Below, piece after piece: positions 49,424 to 59,391 of a stretch of DNA of 64,000 nucleotides; the stretch's first letter is position 1, and every line of letters begins with the position of its first letter. The position numbers and the translations under genes are program-made. Source of the stretch: Gemmatimonadales bacterium (GTDB lineage: Bacteria; Gemmatimonadota; Gemmatimonadetes; Gemmatimonadales; GWC2-71-9); the NCBI GenBank assembly GCA_038205305.1, contig JBBRBZ010000002.1, forward strand, positions 2,500 through 66,499. Reading direction: 5' to 3'. Under the pieces are notes generated by a model. It was given only the letters and a program-made list of their open reading frames with translations, did not search any database and was not told the DNA's origin.

Positions 49424-50466
49424 GCTTCGTCGATCGCGTGGTCGTGGAGGTGAAGGGGGGGCGCGGCGGGGACGGTGCATCGTCGTTCGCCCGCTTCAAG
49501 TTCCGTCCCAAGGCCGGGCCGGATGGCGGCGACGGTGGCGCCGGCGGGAGCGTGTTCGTGCGGGCCGAGAGCAACCTCGCCACGCTGCTCGACTACCGCT
49601 ATCACAATGCATGGCGCGCTGGAAATGGTGTACTCGGCAAAGGAAAGAACATGACCGGGGCCACTGCCCCCGATATCGTGTTGCCGGTGCCGCCGGGGAC
49701 GGTGGTCCAGGACGAGGAGAGTGGCCAGCTCCTCGGCGAACTGATGAAGGTGGGTGATCAGGTCCTGGTGGCGAAGGGCGGCCGGGGCGGGCGCGGCAAT
49801 TCCCGGTTCACCACGCCGACGCACCAGGCGCCGCGCGAGTGGGAGGAAGGCGAGGAGGGCGTGCAGCGCAAGCTTGTGCTGGTGCTGAAACTGATCGCCG
49901 ACGTCGGACTGGTTGGCGAACCGAACGCCGGCAAGAGCACGCTGCTCTCCGTGGTGAGCGCCGCTCGCCCCAAGATCGCCGACTATCCGTTCACCACGCT
50001 CGAGCCGAATCTCGGCGTCGTGGGGATGAGCGGCTCGCGGACCTTCGTGGTGGCCGACGTGCCGGGGATCATCGAAGGGGCACACCAAGGGAAGGGGTTG
50101 GGTCTCAAGTTCCTGCAGCACGTCGAGCGGACTCGGGTGCTGGCGTACATGGTGCCGTTGGATGCCGAAGACCCGCAGGCGGTGTACGCCGGTCTTCGGC
50201 ATGAGATCACCCAGTACAGTCCGACGCTCGCGGAGCGGCGGCACATCGTGATCCTCACCAAACGTGATCTGCTCGGGCCCGACGCCGAGCTGCCAGTGCT
50301 CGATGCACCGCAGGCCGACCGGGTGATATCGCTTTCGAGCGTGTCGGGACAGGGTGTCGAAGAACTCAAGGAGCTGCTGTGGACGCTGGTGTCGGAGGTG
50401 CGGCATGAAGAGGAGAACACCGACGACGGATTCGACCCCGCCGAGTTCGATATCCTCCCCGGTTGA
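49420..50466 (+). CDS. obg: GTPase Obg/CgtA
   Basis: ATGA overlap. MSFVDRVVVEVKGGRGGDG..SFRREKF-like Gly-rich Obg fold, and a G-domain GEPNAGKST, DVPGIIEGA, TKRD. Confidence 0.95.
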   Translation: MSFVDRVVVEVKGGRGGDGASSFARFKFRPKAGPDGGDGGAGGSVFVRAESNLATLLDYRYHNAWRAGNGVLGKGKNMTGATAPDIVLPVPPGTVVQDEESGQLLGELMKVGDQVLVAKGGRGGRGNSRFTTPTHQAPREWEEGEEGVQRKLVLVLKLIADVGLVGEPNAGKSTLLSVVSAARPKIADYPFTTLEPNLGVVGMSGSRTFVVADVPGIIEGAHQGKGLGLKFLQHVERTRVLAYMVPLDAEDPQAVYAGLRHEITQYSPTLAERRHIVILTKRDLLGPDAELPVLDAPQADRVISLSSVSGQGVEELKELLWTLVSEVRHEEENTDDGFDPAEFDILPG

Positions 50467-51568
50467 GCAGTCCGAGCGTCTCGCCTATGTGGCGCTGGCG
50501 CTCACCCCCGGACTTGGTGGCAGGGGACTCGCCGCGCTCCTCTCCGAATTCGGTTCCGCCACCGCCATCATCGACGCCAGCAGGCAACCAGCACGCGTAT
50601 CGGCCCTCGGCAGCCGGATCCGGTCCACCCTCGGCAATACCTCCCTCACAGCGGCTGCGGCGTACATCGCGTCCAGCGAACGCAATGGCATCGTGCTGGT
50701 CACGCCGGCTGACGCCGCCTATCCCGCAAGGCTGCGTTCCATTCCCGATCCACCACCGGTGCTCTTCCTGCGAGGGCGCTGCGAGTTTGTGTCGCGACCA
50801 GCGGTGGCGATCGTAGGGAGTCGTGATCACACCGAGTACGGCAGGCAGGTGGCGCGCGACATGAGCCACGCCGCCGCGGCTGCCGGCATCACCGTCGTGA
50901 GTGGCATGGCGCGCGGTCTGGACGCGGTCGCCCACGAAGCCGCACTCGACGCGGGGGGCGCCACCATCGGTGTACTCGGCAATGGCATCGGGGTGATCTA
51001 CCCGGCCGCGAATCGCACACTCTACCAGGCAGTGGAGCAGCACGGACTCCTGCTTACCGAGAATCCTCCTGGCGAGCGTCCCTCCCTGGGAGCATTCCCG
51101 AAGCGGAACCGTTTGATCAGCGGGCTCGCGGATGTACTCGTCGTCGTCGAGGCGGCCAAGGGTTCCGGCACCATGATCACGGTGGCAACCGCGCTCGAGC
51201 AGGGTAGGGAGGTGATGGCGGTGCCGGGGCCAGTCACCTCACCCACTTCGGCGGGCACCAACCAGTTGCTTCGCGACGGCGCCGACCCGCTGCTGCACCC
51301 TGATGATCTCCTGGCCAAGTTCGCCCTGACCACCGGCACGCGCCGGAGCGATGTCGGACCGGTCGATCCGCCGCCGTGCACCCTTTCGGCCACCGAGGCG
51401 CGCGTCTTCGATGCGCTGACGGCGGATCCGCGCCACATCGACGACCTGACGCTCGCGGTGGGGCTGCCGGTCGGCGAGGTGCTCGGCGTGCTCTGCGGGC
51501 TGGAGCTCGCCGGGTTGGTGGATCAGCAGGCGGGAACGCGATTCCGGCGGCTGCACCGAGCCTGGTAG
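50405..51568 (+). CDS. dprA: DNA processing protein DprA/Smf (start uncertain: ATG 50405 or GTG 50489)
   Basis: LALTPGLGGRGLAALL.., AIVGSRDHTEYGRQVA.., VVSGMARGLDAVAHEAAL.., GTIGVLGNGI.., C-terminal winged helix (DDLTLAVGLPVGEVLGVLCGLELAGLV). Confidence 0.85.
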   Translation: MKRRTPTTDSTPPSSISSPVEQSERLAYVALALTPGLGGRGLAALLSEFGSATAIIDASRQPARVSALGSRIRSTLGNTSLTAAAAYIASSERNGIVLVTPADAAYPARLRSIPDPPPVLFLRGRCEFVSRPAVAIVGSRDHTEYGRQVARDMSHAAAAAGITVVSGMARGLDAVAHEAALDAGGATIGVLGNGIGVIYPAANRTLYQAVEQHGLLLTENPPGERPSLGAFPKRNRLISGLADVLVVVEAAKGSGTMITVATALEQGREVMAVPGPVTSPTSAGTNQLLRDGADPLLHPDDLLAKFALTTGTRRSDVGPVDPPPCTLSATEARVFDALTADPRHIDDLTLAVGLPVGEVLGVLCGLELAGLVDQQAGTRFRRLHRAW

Positions 51569-51618
51569 GCTGCAGCCCGGGGTATCGGTCGGTGGCAGGT
51601 CGGCGATAGCATTCGCGG

Positions 51619-52722
51619 GTGCACGTCTACATCCACGTCCCCTTCTGCGCCCGGCGCTGCTCGTACTGCGATTTCGCCATCGCCGTGCGAAGGGTCACGC
51701 CCGATGCACTGTTCGTCGCCTCGGTGCAGGCGGAGTGGCGCGCGCGGCAGGCTGAACATGCCACCGGCGAGTCCAGCGTCACCACCGTCTACTTCGGTGG
51801 TGGCACGCCGTCCCGGCTCGCGCCAACGTCACTCGCGCAGCTCATCACCACCATCGCGAGCGATCGGGGCCTTGCCGAGGGTGCCGAGATCACGATTGAG
51901 GTGAATCCCGATGATGTGAACTTGGAGCGCGCAGAGGCGTGGCGGGGGATCGGTGTCAACCGGATCTCGCTCGGGGTGCAGAGCCACGACGCCGGCGTGC
52001 TGGAGTGGATGCATCGATCGCACCGGGCCGAACAGGTCGCGCCGGCGGTGGCCATGCTGCGCGACGCCGGATTCGACAATCTCTCCATCGACATGATCTA
52101 TGCGGTGCCCGAGTCGCTCGGCCGCGACTGGCCGGCAGACCTCGCGCATACCGTGGCGCTCGAACCCGACCACCTCTCGCTCTACGGCCTCACCGTGGAA
52201 CCGCAGACACCACTCGGCAAATGGACCGCGCGCGGTGAGAGCATTCCGACTCCCGACGAGCGCTATGCCGCGGACTTTCTGCACGCCGATCGGACACTCA
52301 CCGAAGCAGGCTTCGAGCACTACGAGGTCTCCAACTACGGTCGCCCCGGGCGCCACTCCCGTCACAATTCCACCTACTGGTCGGGCGCCAACTATCTCGG
52401 CCTCGGGCCGTCGGCGCACTCCCTCCTGAATGGGGTGCGCTCGTGGAACGTCAGGGAATGGACCGACTATCAGGCCCGGCTTGCGACCGGCGAACGGGTG
52501 GAAGAGGGTTCCGAGCGGGTTGAGGCCGGCGGACGACGGATTGAGGAGCTCTATCTCGGACTGCGCACTTCCCGGGGGATTCCTGCCGACCGAATCCCCG
52601 CAAAGGCCCGGGTAGACTGGCTCCGGGCGGAATGGGCCACCCTCGTTGCTGGCCACCTCGTGCTGACGCCCGAGGGGTGGCTCCGACTCGACGCGCTGGT
52701 GGCTGCTCTCTCGAATTCCTAA
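51619..52722 (+). CDS. hemW: Radical SAM heme chaperone HemW (HemN-like)
   Basis: GTG start. YIHVPFCARRCSYCDF (CxxxCxxC), YFGGGTPS, RISLGVQS, HLSLYGLT. Confidence 0.88.
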   Translation: MHVYIHVPFCARRCSYCDFAIAVRRVTPDALFVASVQAEWRARQAEHATGESSVTTVYFGGGTPSRLAPTSLAQLITTIASDRGLAEGAEITIEVNPDDVNLERAEAWRGIGVNRISLGVQSHDAGVLEWMHRSHRAEQVAPAVAMLRDAGFDNLSIDMIYAVPESLGRDWPADLAHTVALEPDHLSLYGLTVEPQTPLGKWTARGESIPTPDERYAADFLHADRTLTEAGFEHYEVSNYGRPGRHSRHNSTYWSGANYLGLGPSAHSLLNGVRSWNVREWTDYQARLATGERVEEGSERVEAGGRRIEELYLGLRTSRGIPADRIPAKARVDWLRAEWATLVAGHLVLTPEGWLRLDALVAALSNS

Positions 52723-52732
52723 GTTTCCCCCC

Positions 52733-53764
52733 ATGAGTGATCTGCAATCCCTTTCCGAGCGCGAACGACACGTGCTCGAGGCCGTCATCGAGACCTATAT
52801 CGCCACGGCGGAGCCGGCGGGGAGCCAGACCGTCGCGCGCCGGTCGGGATTGGGTATTTCCCCGGCATCCATCCGCAACGTGATGAGCGAACTGGAATCG
52901 AAGGGATACCTTTACCATCCGCACACCTCTGCCGGACGGATCCCGACCGACCGCGCGTATCGGGTCTACGTCGATGCCATGATGCATCGCACGCCACCCA
53001 CCTCGCAGGCCCTCGAACATCTCGAAGTGGAACTCACCAACGCCTCGGCGACGGACACGTTGCTGGAACGGGCCGCGCAGGTGCTCGGGATTCTCACGCA
53101 AGAACTTGGCGTGGCGGTCTCGCCCACGTTCGAGGAGATCACCCTCGATCGCTTCGATCTCGTGCCGGCCGCGTCGGACCGCCTGCTCATGGTGTTCAAT
53201 CTCGACAGCGGCGCGATTCGCACCATCTATGTCCGGATCACCATTGCGCTCACCCGCGAGCAGGTCGAGGAGGCACAGCGCGTCCTGAACGAGCGGCTCG
53301 GTGGCCTCACCTTGCGGGAAATTCGCGGTACCATCGGTGACCGCCTCCGTGACGTCACCACCACGGCGGATGCGAGTCAACTACTCGACATCATCGTCGC
53401 GGAAGGGGAAGGGCTCTTCGGCGCCGAGTCGCGCGAGTCGATGCTGCTCGGCAGCACCTCGGTCCTGATCGACCAGCCCGAGTTCTCCACCAGCGAACAG
53501 ATGCGCACGCTCGTCACGCTCACCGATCGGCGCGACGTCCTGCGCGATGCCTTGGCGCAGCGTCGGCGCGAGGGACTCACCGTGACCATTGGCGGCGAAA
53601 ACGACGATGCGGGCCTCGCTGGATTCACGCTTGTTACCTCAACCTATCAACGCGGTGGGGCCACTGGCCTCATTGGCGTCCTGGGACCCACACGAATGCC
53701 TTATGACAAGATCATCGGCCTGGTTGAACACACCGGCCGGTTGGTTGAGGGACTACTGCAGTGA
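52733..53764 (+). CDS. hrcA: Heat-inducible transcription repressor HrcA
   Basis: LSERERHVLEAVIETYIATAEPAGSQTVA.. winged helix, SPASIRNVMSELESKGYLYHPHTSAGRIPTDRAYR. Confidence 0.9.
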   Translation: MSDLQSLSERERHVLEAVIETYIATAEPAGSQTVARRSGLGISPASIRNVMSELESKGYLYHPHTSAGRIPTDRAYRVYVDAMMHRTPPTSQALEHLEVELTNASATDTLLERAAQVLGILTQELGVAVSPTFEEITLDRFDLVPAASDRLLMVFNLDSGAIRTIYVRITIALTREQVEEAQRVLNERLGGLTLREIRGTIGDRLRDVTTTADASQLLDIIVAEGEGLFGAESRESMLLGSTSVLIDQPEFSTSEQMRTLVTLTDRRDVLRDALAQRRREGLTVTIGGENDDAGLAGFTLVTSTYQRGGATGLIGVLGPTRMPYDKIIGLVEHTGRLVEGLLQ

Positions 53765-54894
53765 GTGACCTTTACATCCTGCTGGAAATCGAACGTGATG
53801 CGAGCGATGACCAGATCAAGAAGGCGTATCGCAAGCTCGCGATGCAGTTCCATCCTGATCGCAATGCGTCGCACGATGCCGAGGAAAAATTCAAGGAGAT
53901 CTCCGAAGCGTATCAGGTCCTGAGCGATCCGGACAAGCGTGCCTACTACGATCGCACCGGCAGCGCGCCGGGAACGCAAGCGGGAATGGGCGGTGCGGGA
54001 TTCCAGCACATCGATCTCAGCGAAGCGCTCAATATCTTCATGCGCGACTTCGGCGGCTTCGGGGGCTTCGAGAGCATCTTTGGTGGTGGGCGCGGCCCCA
54101 CCGAAGCCAATCGTGGGCAGGACATCCGCGTGACGGTGAAGCTCACCATCCAGGAAGTCGCCCTCGGGGCCCGGCGCAGCATCAAGCTCAAGACGCTGAC
54201 GGCCTGCAGCGAATGCGCCGGCTCCGGGGCGGCCAAGGGCACTCGCCCGATCACCTGCACCACCTGCGGTGGCACGGGTGAGGTGCGGCGTGCGGCACGT
54301 TCGATGTTCGGGCAGTTCGTGCAGGTCGGACCCTGTCCCACATGCCACGGCGAAGGCCAGACCATCGCCACGCCATGTGAGGTCTGTCGGGGCGAGGGGC
54401 GCGTGAAGGGGGAGCGTACCGAGACCGTGGACATTCCGCCCGGCGTCTCCTCGCAGAACTACATCACCCTCCGCGGCAAGGGAACGCCTGGACCACGCGG
54501 CGGGCCGAACGGCGACCTGGTCGTGATGATCGAGGTCAAAGACGACGACCGCTTCCAGCGTGACGGCGACAACCTCATCGTCGAGGCGCCGCTCTCCTTC
54601 TCGCAGGCGGCACTCGGCATGGTGGCGGTGATTCCGACGCCGTATGGCGATGAGCACCTCACGATTCCTGCCGGCGTGCAGACCGGCGCGGTGCTGCGTC
54701 TCAAGGGGAAGGGGCTGCCGCGCCTCGGGGCGAGTGGTTCGGGCGACCTCAATGTGCACGTGCATGTCTGGACACCGGAAGATCTGAGCGAGGAGCAGCG
54801 GGCGCTGTTCATCGAGCTCGCCAAGCACGAGGGAGACGGTCCCAAACGGAAGGGAACCTTCTGGGCGAAGCTCAAGGAAGCGTTGGGCGCGTGA
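53761..54894 (+). CDS. dnaJ: Molecular chaperone DnaJ
   Basis: GTGA overlap with hrcA. J-domain with HPD (FHPDRN), G/F region, four CxxCxGxG zinc motifs (CSECAGSG, CTTCGGTG, CPTCHGEG, CEVCRGEG). Confidence 0.95.
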   Translation: MSDLYILLEIERDASDDQIKKAYRKLAMQFHPDRNASHDAEEKFKEISEAYQVLSDPDKRAYYDRTGSAPGTQAGMGGAGFQHIDLSEALNIFMRDFGGFGGFESIFGGGRGPTEANRGQDIRVTVKLTIQEVALGARRSIKLKTLTACSECAGSGAAKGTRPITCTTCGGTGEVRRAARSMFGQFVQVGPCPTCHGEGQTIATPCEVCRGEGRVKGERTETVDIPPGVSSQNYITLRGKGTPGPRGGPNGDLVVMIEVKDDDRFQRDGDNLIVEAPLSFSQAALGMVAVIPTPYGDEHLTIPAGVQTGAVLRLKGKGLPRLGASGSGDLNVHVHVWTPEDLSEEQRALFIELAKHEGDGPKRKGTFWAKLKEALGA

Positions 54895-55727
54895 CGGCTC
54901 CCTGGTGGCGTGTCGCCGTGCGCTGCCGGTCGGCGGATCGGGACGCGGTGGCTGCGTTTCTCGTGGGGACCACCGGGCATGGTGTCGAGGAAACTGCGGA
55001 CGGCGCCATCAACACCGTGGCGGACTCTGAACGCGGAGCGCGCGCGCTCATCGCCGCGGTGACCGGGCGCTACCCCGACATCGACGCGACAGTCACGCGG
55101 CTCGATCCGGTGGATTGGTCGGTGCACTGGCGTGATGGCATCATCACCCGCCGCTTCGGGCGGTTGATACTCACCCCGACCTGGATTCCGGTGAAGGCCA
55201 ACCCGGGCGAGGTTGTTCTTACGCTCGATCCCGAGAGTGCCTTTGGCAGTGGCGAGCACGGCTCCACCCGTGCGGCGCTCACGTTGCTCGAGCGATTACT
55301 CACCCCGGGCGACCGAGTGCTCGATTTCGGCAGCGGCTCCGGCATCCTCGCGATCGCCGCGGCGCTGCTCGGTGCCCGGTCGGCGATCGGCATCGAGGTC
55401 GACGAGGAGGCTTCACCGATCGCCGACGCGAACGCCATCCGCAACCACGTCGACGACCGAGTGACCTGCCTCGTGGGCGACGCGGCTGACCTGGCCGCGG
55501 TGGTGGCGCCCGCGGAACTCGTCTGCTCCAACATCCTGCGCACTGTCAACACCATGCTGCTGCCCGTCATTCATGCGTCGCTCGTCGCTGGCGGCATTGC
55601 CATCTTCTCCGGGATGGAGGAGCAGGAGGAGTCGCTCTTTCGCCCGGTGCTCACCGCGGCAGGGTTTACACCGTTCGATGAAGTGCGCGACGGCAGCTGG
55701 TGGGCGGTCGCGGCTCGGCGCGTGTGA
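54891..55727 (+). CDS. prmA: Ribosomal protein L11 methyltransferase
   Basis: GTGA overlap. SAFGSGEHGSTRA.., SAM motif VLDFGSGSGILAIAAALLGA, NIL. Confidence 0.85.
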   Translation: MTAPWWRVAVRCRSADRDAVAAFLVGTTGHGVEETADGAINTVADSERGARALIAAVTGRYPDIDATVTRLDPVDWSVHWRDGIITRRFGRLILTPTWIPVKANPGEVVLTLDPESAFGSGEHGSTRAALTLLERLLTPGDRVLDFGSGSGILAIAAALLGARSAIGIEVDEEASPIADANAIRNHVDDRVTCLVGDAADLAAVVAPAELVCSNILRTVNTMLLPVIHASLVAGGIAIFSGMEEQEESLFRPVLTAAGFTPFDEVRDGSWWAVAARRV

Positions 55728-56425
55728 ACCACCACCGCGCGCTGGTCGAACCGGGCGCGCTGGTCGCGGGCACAACACTCGCCCTCGATGGTGAAGAATC
55801 GAACCACCTGCGTGCGCGGCGGGCGGAGGCGGGCGATCACATCACGCTCTTTGATGCATTGGGGGTGACTGCCGACACCACGCTGACCCGGGCAGCGCAG
55901 GGATGGACGGTAGACGTCCAACAGGTCGAGCAGCATCTGCCTGGCAGGACACTGATTTTGGCGGTCGGCGCGGGCGATCGCGATCGATTTCTCGCGCTCG
56001 CCGAGAAGTGCACCGAGCTGGGAGTGACGCGACTGATTCCGCTCATTACCGAACGCTCCGCGCAGGTCGAGACGCGGTTGCGCGAGGGTGCCATCGAGAA
56101 ATGCCGCCGGCGTTCGCGCGAGGCATGCAAGCAGAGTGGCAATCCCTGGGCGACGGTGGTGGACGACCTGACGAAGCTTGACGCATTGCAGGGAAGAGTC
56201 GCGGAGGTGCGCTGGCTGCTGGCTGCTCCGAACGGTGCCGCGATGCCGGCCCCAGCGAACGACGAAGCTCTCGGCTGGTTGATCGGCCCGGAAGGCGGTT
56301 TCAGTGAGGCGGAAGTCGAGTTCGCCCGGACGTCCCTCGGTGCGGGGCCAGTGCGCTTCGCCAAGCACGTGTTGCGGTTCGAGACGGCGGCGGTGGTGGC
56401 GGCGGGGGTGGCATCTGGGAGTTGA
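55724..56425 (+). CDS. rsmE: 16S rRNA (uracil1498-N3)-methyltransferase
   Basis: In-frame GTG at 55724 overlaps the prmA stop. GEESNHLRARR.., EKCTELGVTRLIPL.., IGPEGGFSEAEV, SPOUT C-terminus. Confidence 0.85.
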   Translation: MNHHRALVEPGALVAGTTLALDGEESNHLRARRAEAGDHITLFDALGVTADTTLTRAAQGWTVDVQQVEQHLPGRTLILAVGAGDRDRFLALAEKCTELGVTRLIPLITERSAQVETRLREGAIEKCRRRSREACKQSGNPWATVVDDLTKLDALQGRVAEVRWLLAAPNGAAMPAPANDEALGWLIGPEGGFSEAEVEFARTSLGAGPVRFAKHVLRFETAAVVAAGVASGS

Positions 56426-56532
56426 CGTCGTCCGCACCCGTGGACTGGCCGCGAGTGTCGTTCTCGGTCTGCTTGTGTAGTATTCTGCCAACTGTCCGGC
56501 GCCGCCCTTCTTTGCTGAACCCCGGGGCCACA

Positions 56533-58917
56533 ATGTCACCCTCCATCCGCTCCCGAATTGCCAGATGCGCACGAGTCGGCATCTCCGTGTCGTTCGTTCT
56601 GCGACTCGCCGTCTCCACTGCCTCCGCCCAGGCCCCCGCCGACCGCCGATTCATCGACTCCGTCTTCAAGGCGATCGGCACGGCAAAGACCAGTGCCGAC
56701 CTCCCCGACAATACTCGCTGCGGCGGACACGCGGGCGCGCTGCAACGACTCTGCGAAGGGCTGATCATCGCCAAGCGCGCCGAGTTCAGCCAGGCGGTCG
56801 GTGATGCCGACAAGGCCGAACAGATCCTGAGTCGGACCGCGATCGAGCAACCCACCTGGCCGATGGCGTGGTACGGTCTCGGCATCGCCCGGCTGCAGAT
56901 GGGGCGCGCCAACATGACGTCTCGCGAAGGTCCGCTCTCCCCGGTGGGGGTGAGCCTCGAGGCCGGAGCGGGGTATGCGTTCGTGCGCGCGCTCGAACTC
57001 GACTCGACCTTTCAGGAGGCGGTCGAGGCACTCGCCCTGACGCCAATCCCGCGCGAAGGTGCATCGCGACTGCCGGAGCGGCTCGCGATGCTTGAGCGAC
57101 TGCAACGGCTGCTGCCGGGTGCGGCACGTTACGCCACCGCGATGCTCGAGCTCGAGGCGAATCACCCCGACAAGGCGGTGACGTTCCTCGAGCAGGCACT
57201 CGACCAGCGCGGCATCGACAGCGGTGTGGTGCAGCTGGCGCTGGCGCGGGCACGATACGCCTCCGGCGATGCCGAGCTCGGCCGTTCGGCGCTCTTGGCG
57301 GGAGCGACGGATACCTCCTCACTTACTGCGGCCGCATACCGTCGCGAGTTGAGCTGGGTTGCCACCCCGCAGGAACTGTCCGCATGGGATTCATTGCCCC
57401 CGAACGGGCGGGCCGACTGGCTCAGAGCGTTCTGGGCGAAGCGGGATGTGCAGGACGCGCGGCCCGACGGGGCGCGATTGGTCGAGCACTACCACCGCAT
57501 GGAATACGCCTTCGCCAACTATCGGTTGATGCTGCCGCGATCGGGCCGAAACAAGGCCGGTGGACAGTCGGGCACGGTTGACTTCCAGGCCGAAGAGATG
57601 ATGCAGCGCTTTCCGCAGGACTATGAGGTGGATGCATCCGTCGGCGACATGGCCATGACGGCGAAGACCATCGGTGCATCGTCGCCCTTTCATGCGTTCC
57701 GCACGGCGCAGTCCGTTCTCGACGATCGCGGCGCGGCCTACATCCGTCACGGAAAGCCCGATGAGGTGGCCACGACCAAGGCGGGGATCGCTGTCGAACT
57801 GTGGAAGTATGAGCGCCCAGGCGGACCGCTTCTGCTCGGCTTCACCGAGGAGGACTTCGACGGCCAGGTCGGCGCGAGCAAGATGGTGCCGTCGTTGCTT
57901 TCGGTCAGTCCGCAGTTGCGCGATCAGCTCTGTCACTTGGACACGAGGCTCTGCTCCACCAACGCCGATCCGACGAGTCCGCGCATCACCACGAGTGCAG
58001 GGACCGGTGCCTCTGCCGGCAATCGCTTGGGCAGCGGCAACGGCGCGTCGCTTGCCATCGATCAATCGCGCAACGGCATCAGCCAACTCCAGGTCGCAAC
58101 CAGGAAGGGCATCGAGACGATCAACGAGGCGATGACCAGCGATGACTTCATCCGGAAGTTCACCCACCGGGTGAATCCCGTGGTTCAGGTCTACGGCCTT
58201 GATCGCGCCAGCGGCGGAGCACCGCGCCTGGTCGTGGCATTCGCGATTCCGGGGGAGGAGTTGACCTTCAGCACGCCTCCCGAAGCCGGGGGACGCGCGG
58301 TCTATCCCGTGCAATTCCGCATCATGGCCACGCGCCAATCCGACGGCAACCGCATCGAACTCGACACGCTGCGGCAATTTGCCGTTCCGCGCGGACTCAC
58401 GTCGGGTGAGTTCATTACCGGGATGATCGAGATGCCGGTGCCGGCAGGCACTTTCTCGACCTCGGTGCTCGTTTCGCAAGCCGATGGCCGCGGCGCGGTG
58501 GCAGCGTTCCGCGCAGTCGTCACGCCAGAGGCTGGCTCGGTGCTTCAGGTGAGTGACATGGTCCTTGGCCGCGAAGGGAGCAGTGTGCGGTGGAACTCCG
58601 GGAGCAACATGGTCCCGCTCAACCCACTCAATGCCTACCCCAAGGGCGGCACGGCCGAGGTGTATTACCAACTCTCCGGCCTCACGGTCGGGACCTCCTA
58701 CGAGACCCAGTTCCAGTTCTACAAGGCGGGCGAAACCGACAAGCCACCACGACTCAAGCTCACCTTCAAGGAAACGCCCCAGCAAGCGCGGGGAGAGGTG
58801 ATGCGATCGCTTGGGCTGTCGAACCTCGATCCGGGACAATATCAGGTCCGACTGGTGGTGACCGGCGGCGGTCACACCGGTACCTCGATCAGTTGGCTCA
58901 CCATCGCCTCGAAATGA
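56533..58917 (+). CDS. Large secreted protein: N-terminal TPR-like region plus GWxTD-like domain (variant motif) plus C-terminal beta-rich region
   Basis: ATG at 56533. Signal peptide ..RLAVSTASAQA. The block WLRAFWAKRDVQDARPDGARLVEHYHRMEYAFANYRL .. DDRGAAYIRHGKPDEV resembles the GWxTD domain family as I remember it, but the eponymous GWxTD residues are not conserved. Confidence 0.5.
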   Translation: MSPSIRSRIARCARVGISVSFVLRLAVSTASAQAPADRRFIDSVFKAIGTAKTSADLPDNTRCGGHAGALQRLCEGLIIAKRAEFSQAVGDADKAEQILSRTAIEQPTWPMAWYGLGIARLQMGRANMTSREGPLSPVGVSLEAGAGYAFVRALELDSTFQEAVEALALTPIPREGASRLPERLAMLERLQRLLPGAARYATAMLELEANHPDKAVTFLEQALDQRGIDSGVVQLALARARYASGDAELGRSALLAGATDTSSLTAAAYRRELSWVATPQELSAWDSLPPNGRADWLRAFWAKRDVQDARPDGARLVEHYHRMEYAFANYRLMLPRSGRNKAGGQSGTVDFQAEEMMQRFPQDYEVDASVGDMAMTAKTIGASSPFHAFRTAQSVLDDRGAAYIRHGKPDEVATTKAGIAVELWKYERPGGPLLLGFTEEDFDGQVGASKMVPSLLSVSPQLRDQLCHLDTRLCSTNADPTSPRITTSAGTGASAGNRLGSGNGASLAIDQSRNGISQLQVATRKGIETINEAMTSDDFIRKFTHRVNPVVQVYGLDRASGGAPRLVVAFAIPGEELTFSTPPEAGGRAVYPVQFRIMATRQSDGNRIELDTLRQFAVPRGLTSGEFITGMIEMPVPAGTFSTSVLVSQADGRGAVAAFRAVVTPEAGSVLQVSDMVLGREGSSVRWNSGSNMVPLNPLNAYPKGGTAEVYYQLSGLTVGTSYETQFQFYKAGETDKPPRLKLTFKETPQQARGEVMRSLGLSNLDPGQYQVRLVVTGGGHTGTSISWLTIASK

Positions 58918-58940
58918 TCACTTCAGCACAGGGGGGCCCA

Positions 58941-59300
58941 ATGAACCAGGTCGAGCCCGGCTGCATCTTCTGCCGGATCGCGAGTGGGGAGATCCCGGCG
59001 GATGTCGTGGCCCGAAGCGACCACGCCATCGCCTTTCGTGACCTCACCCCCCAGGCTCCGACCCACGTCCTGGTGATCCCGATTTCGCACCTGGGATCGG
59101 CGGCTGAGGCCCGGGGGGAGGCGGGGGAACGGCTGCTGGGCCGGGTCATGCGGCTCGCCGTGGACACCGCGGCCCAGCTGGGATTGGACCAGGACGGCTA
59201 CCGCCTGGTGGTCAACACCGGCCCCGAGGGAGGCCAGTCCGTCGGGCACCTGCATGTCCACCTCCTGGCGGGGCGCCAGATGCGTTGGCCGCCGGGCTGA
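58941..59300 (+). CDS. HIT (histidine triad) family protein
   Basis: ATG at 58941. CIFCRIASGEIPA.., AFRDLTPQAPTHVLVIP.., triad HLHVHLL. Confidence 0.9.
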   Translation: MNQVEPGCIFCRIASGEIPADVVARSDHAIAFRDLTPQAPTHVLVIPISHLGSAAEARGEAGERLLGRVMRLAVDTAAQLGLDQDGYRLVVNTGPEGGQSVGHLHVHLLAGRQMRWPPG

Positions 59301-59304
59301 GCCG

Positions 59305-59333
59305 TTGACGCAAGTGCTGGTCACCCCTAGCTT
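59305..59333 (+). promoter_or_regulatory. Candidate rpsU promoter TTGACG-N17-TAGCTT
   Basis: TTGACG at 59305-10 and TAGCTT at 59328-33, in the 91-nt gap upstream of rpsU. Confidence 0.4.
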
Positions 59334-59391
59334 TGCAGGTCTGTCAACCAACCGCTCCCTGACCGGAGCACGAGAGGGGTGATTTCAGTAC

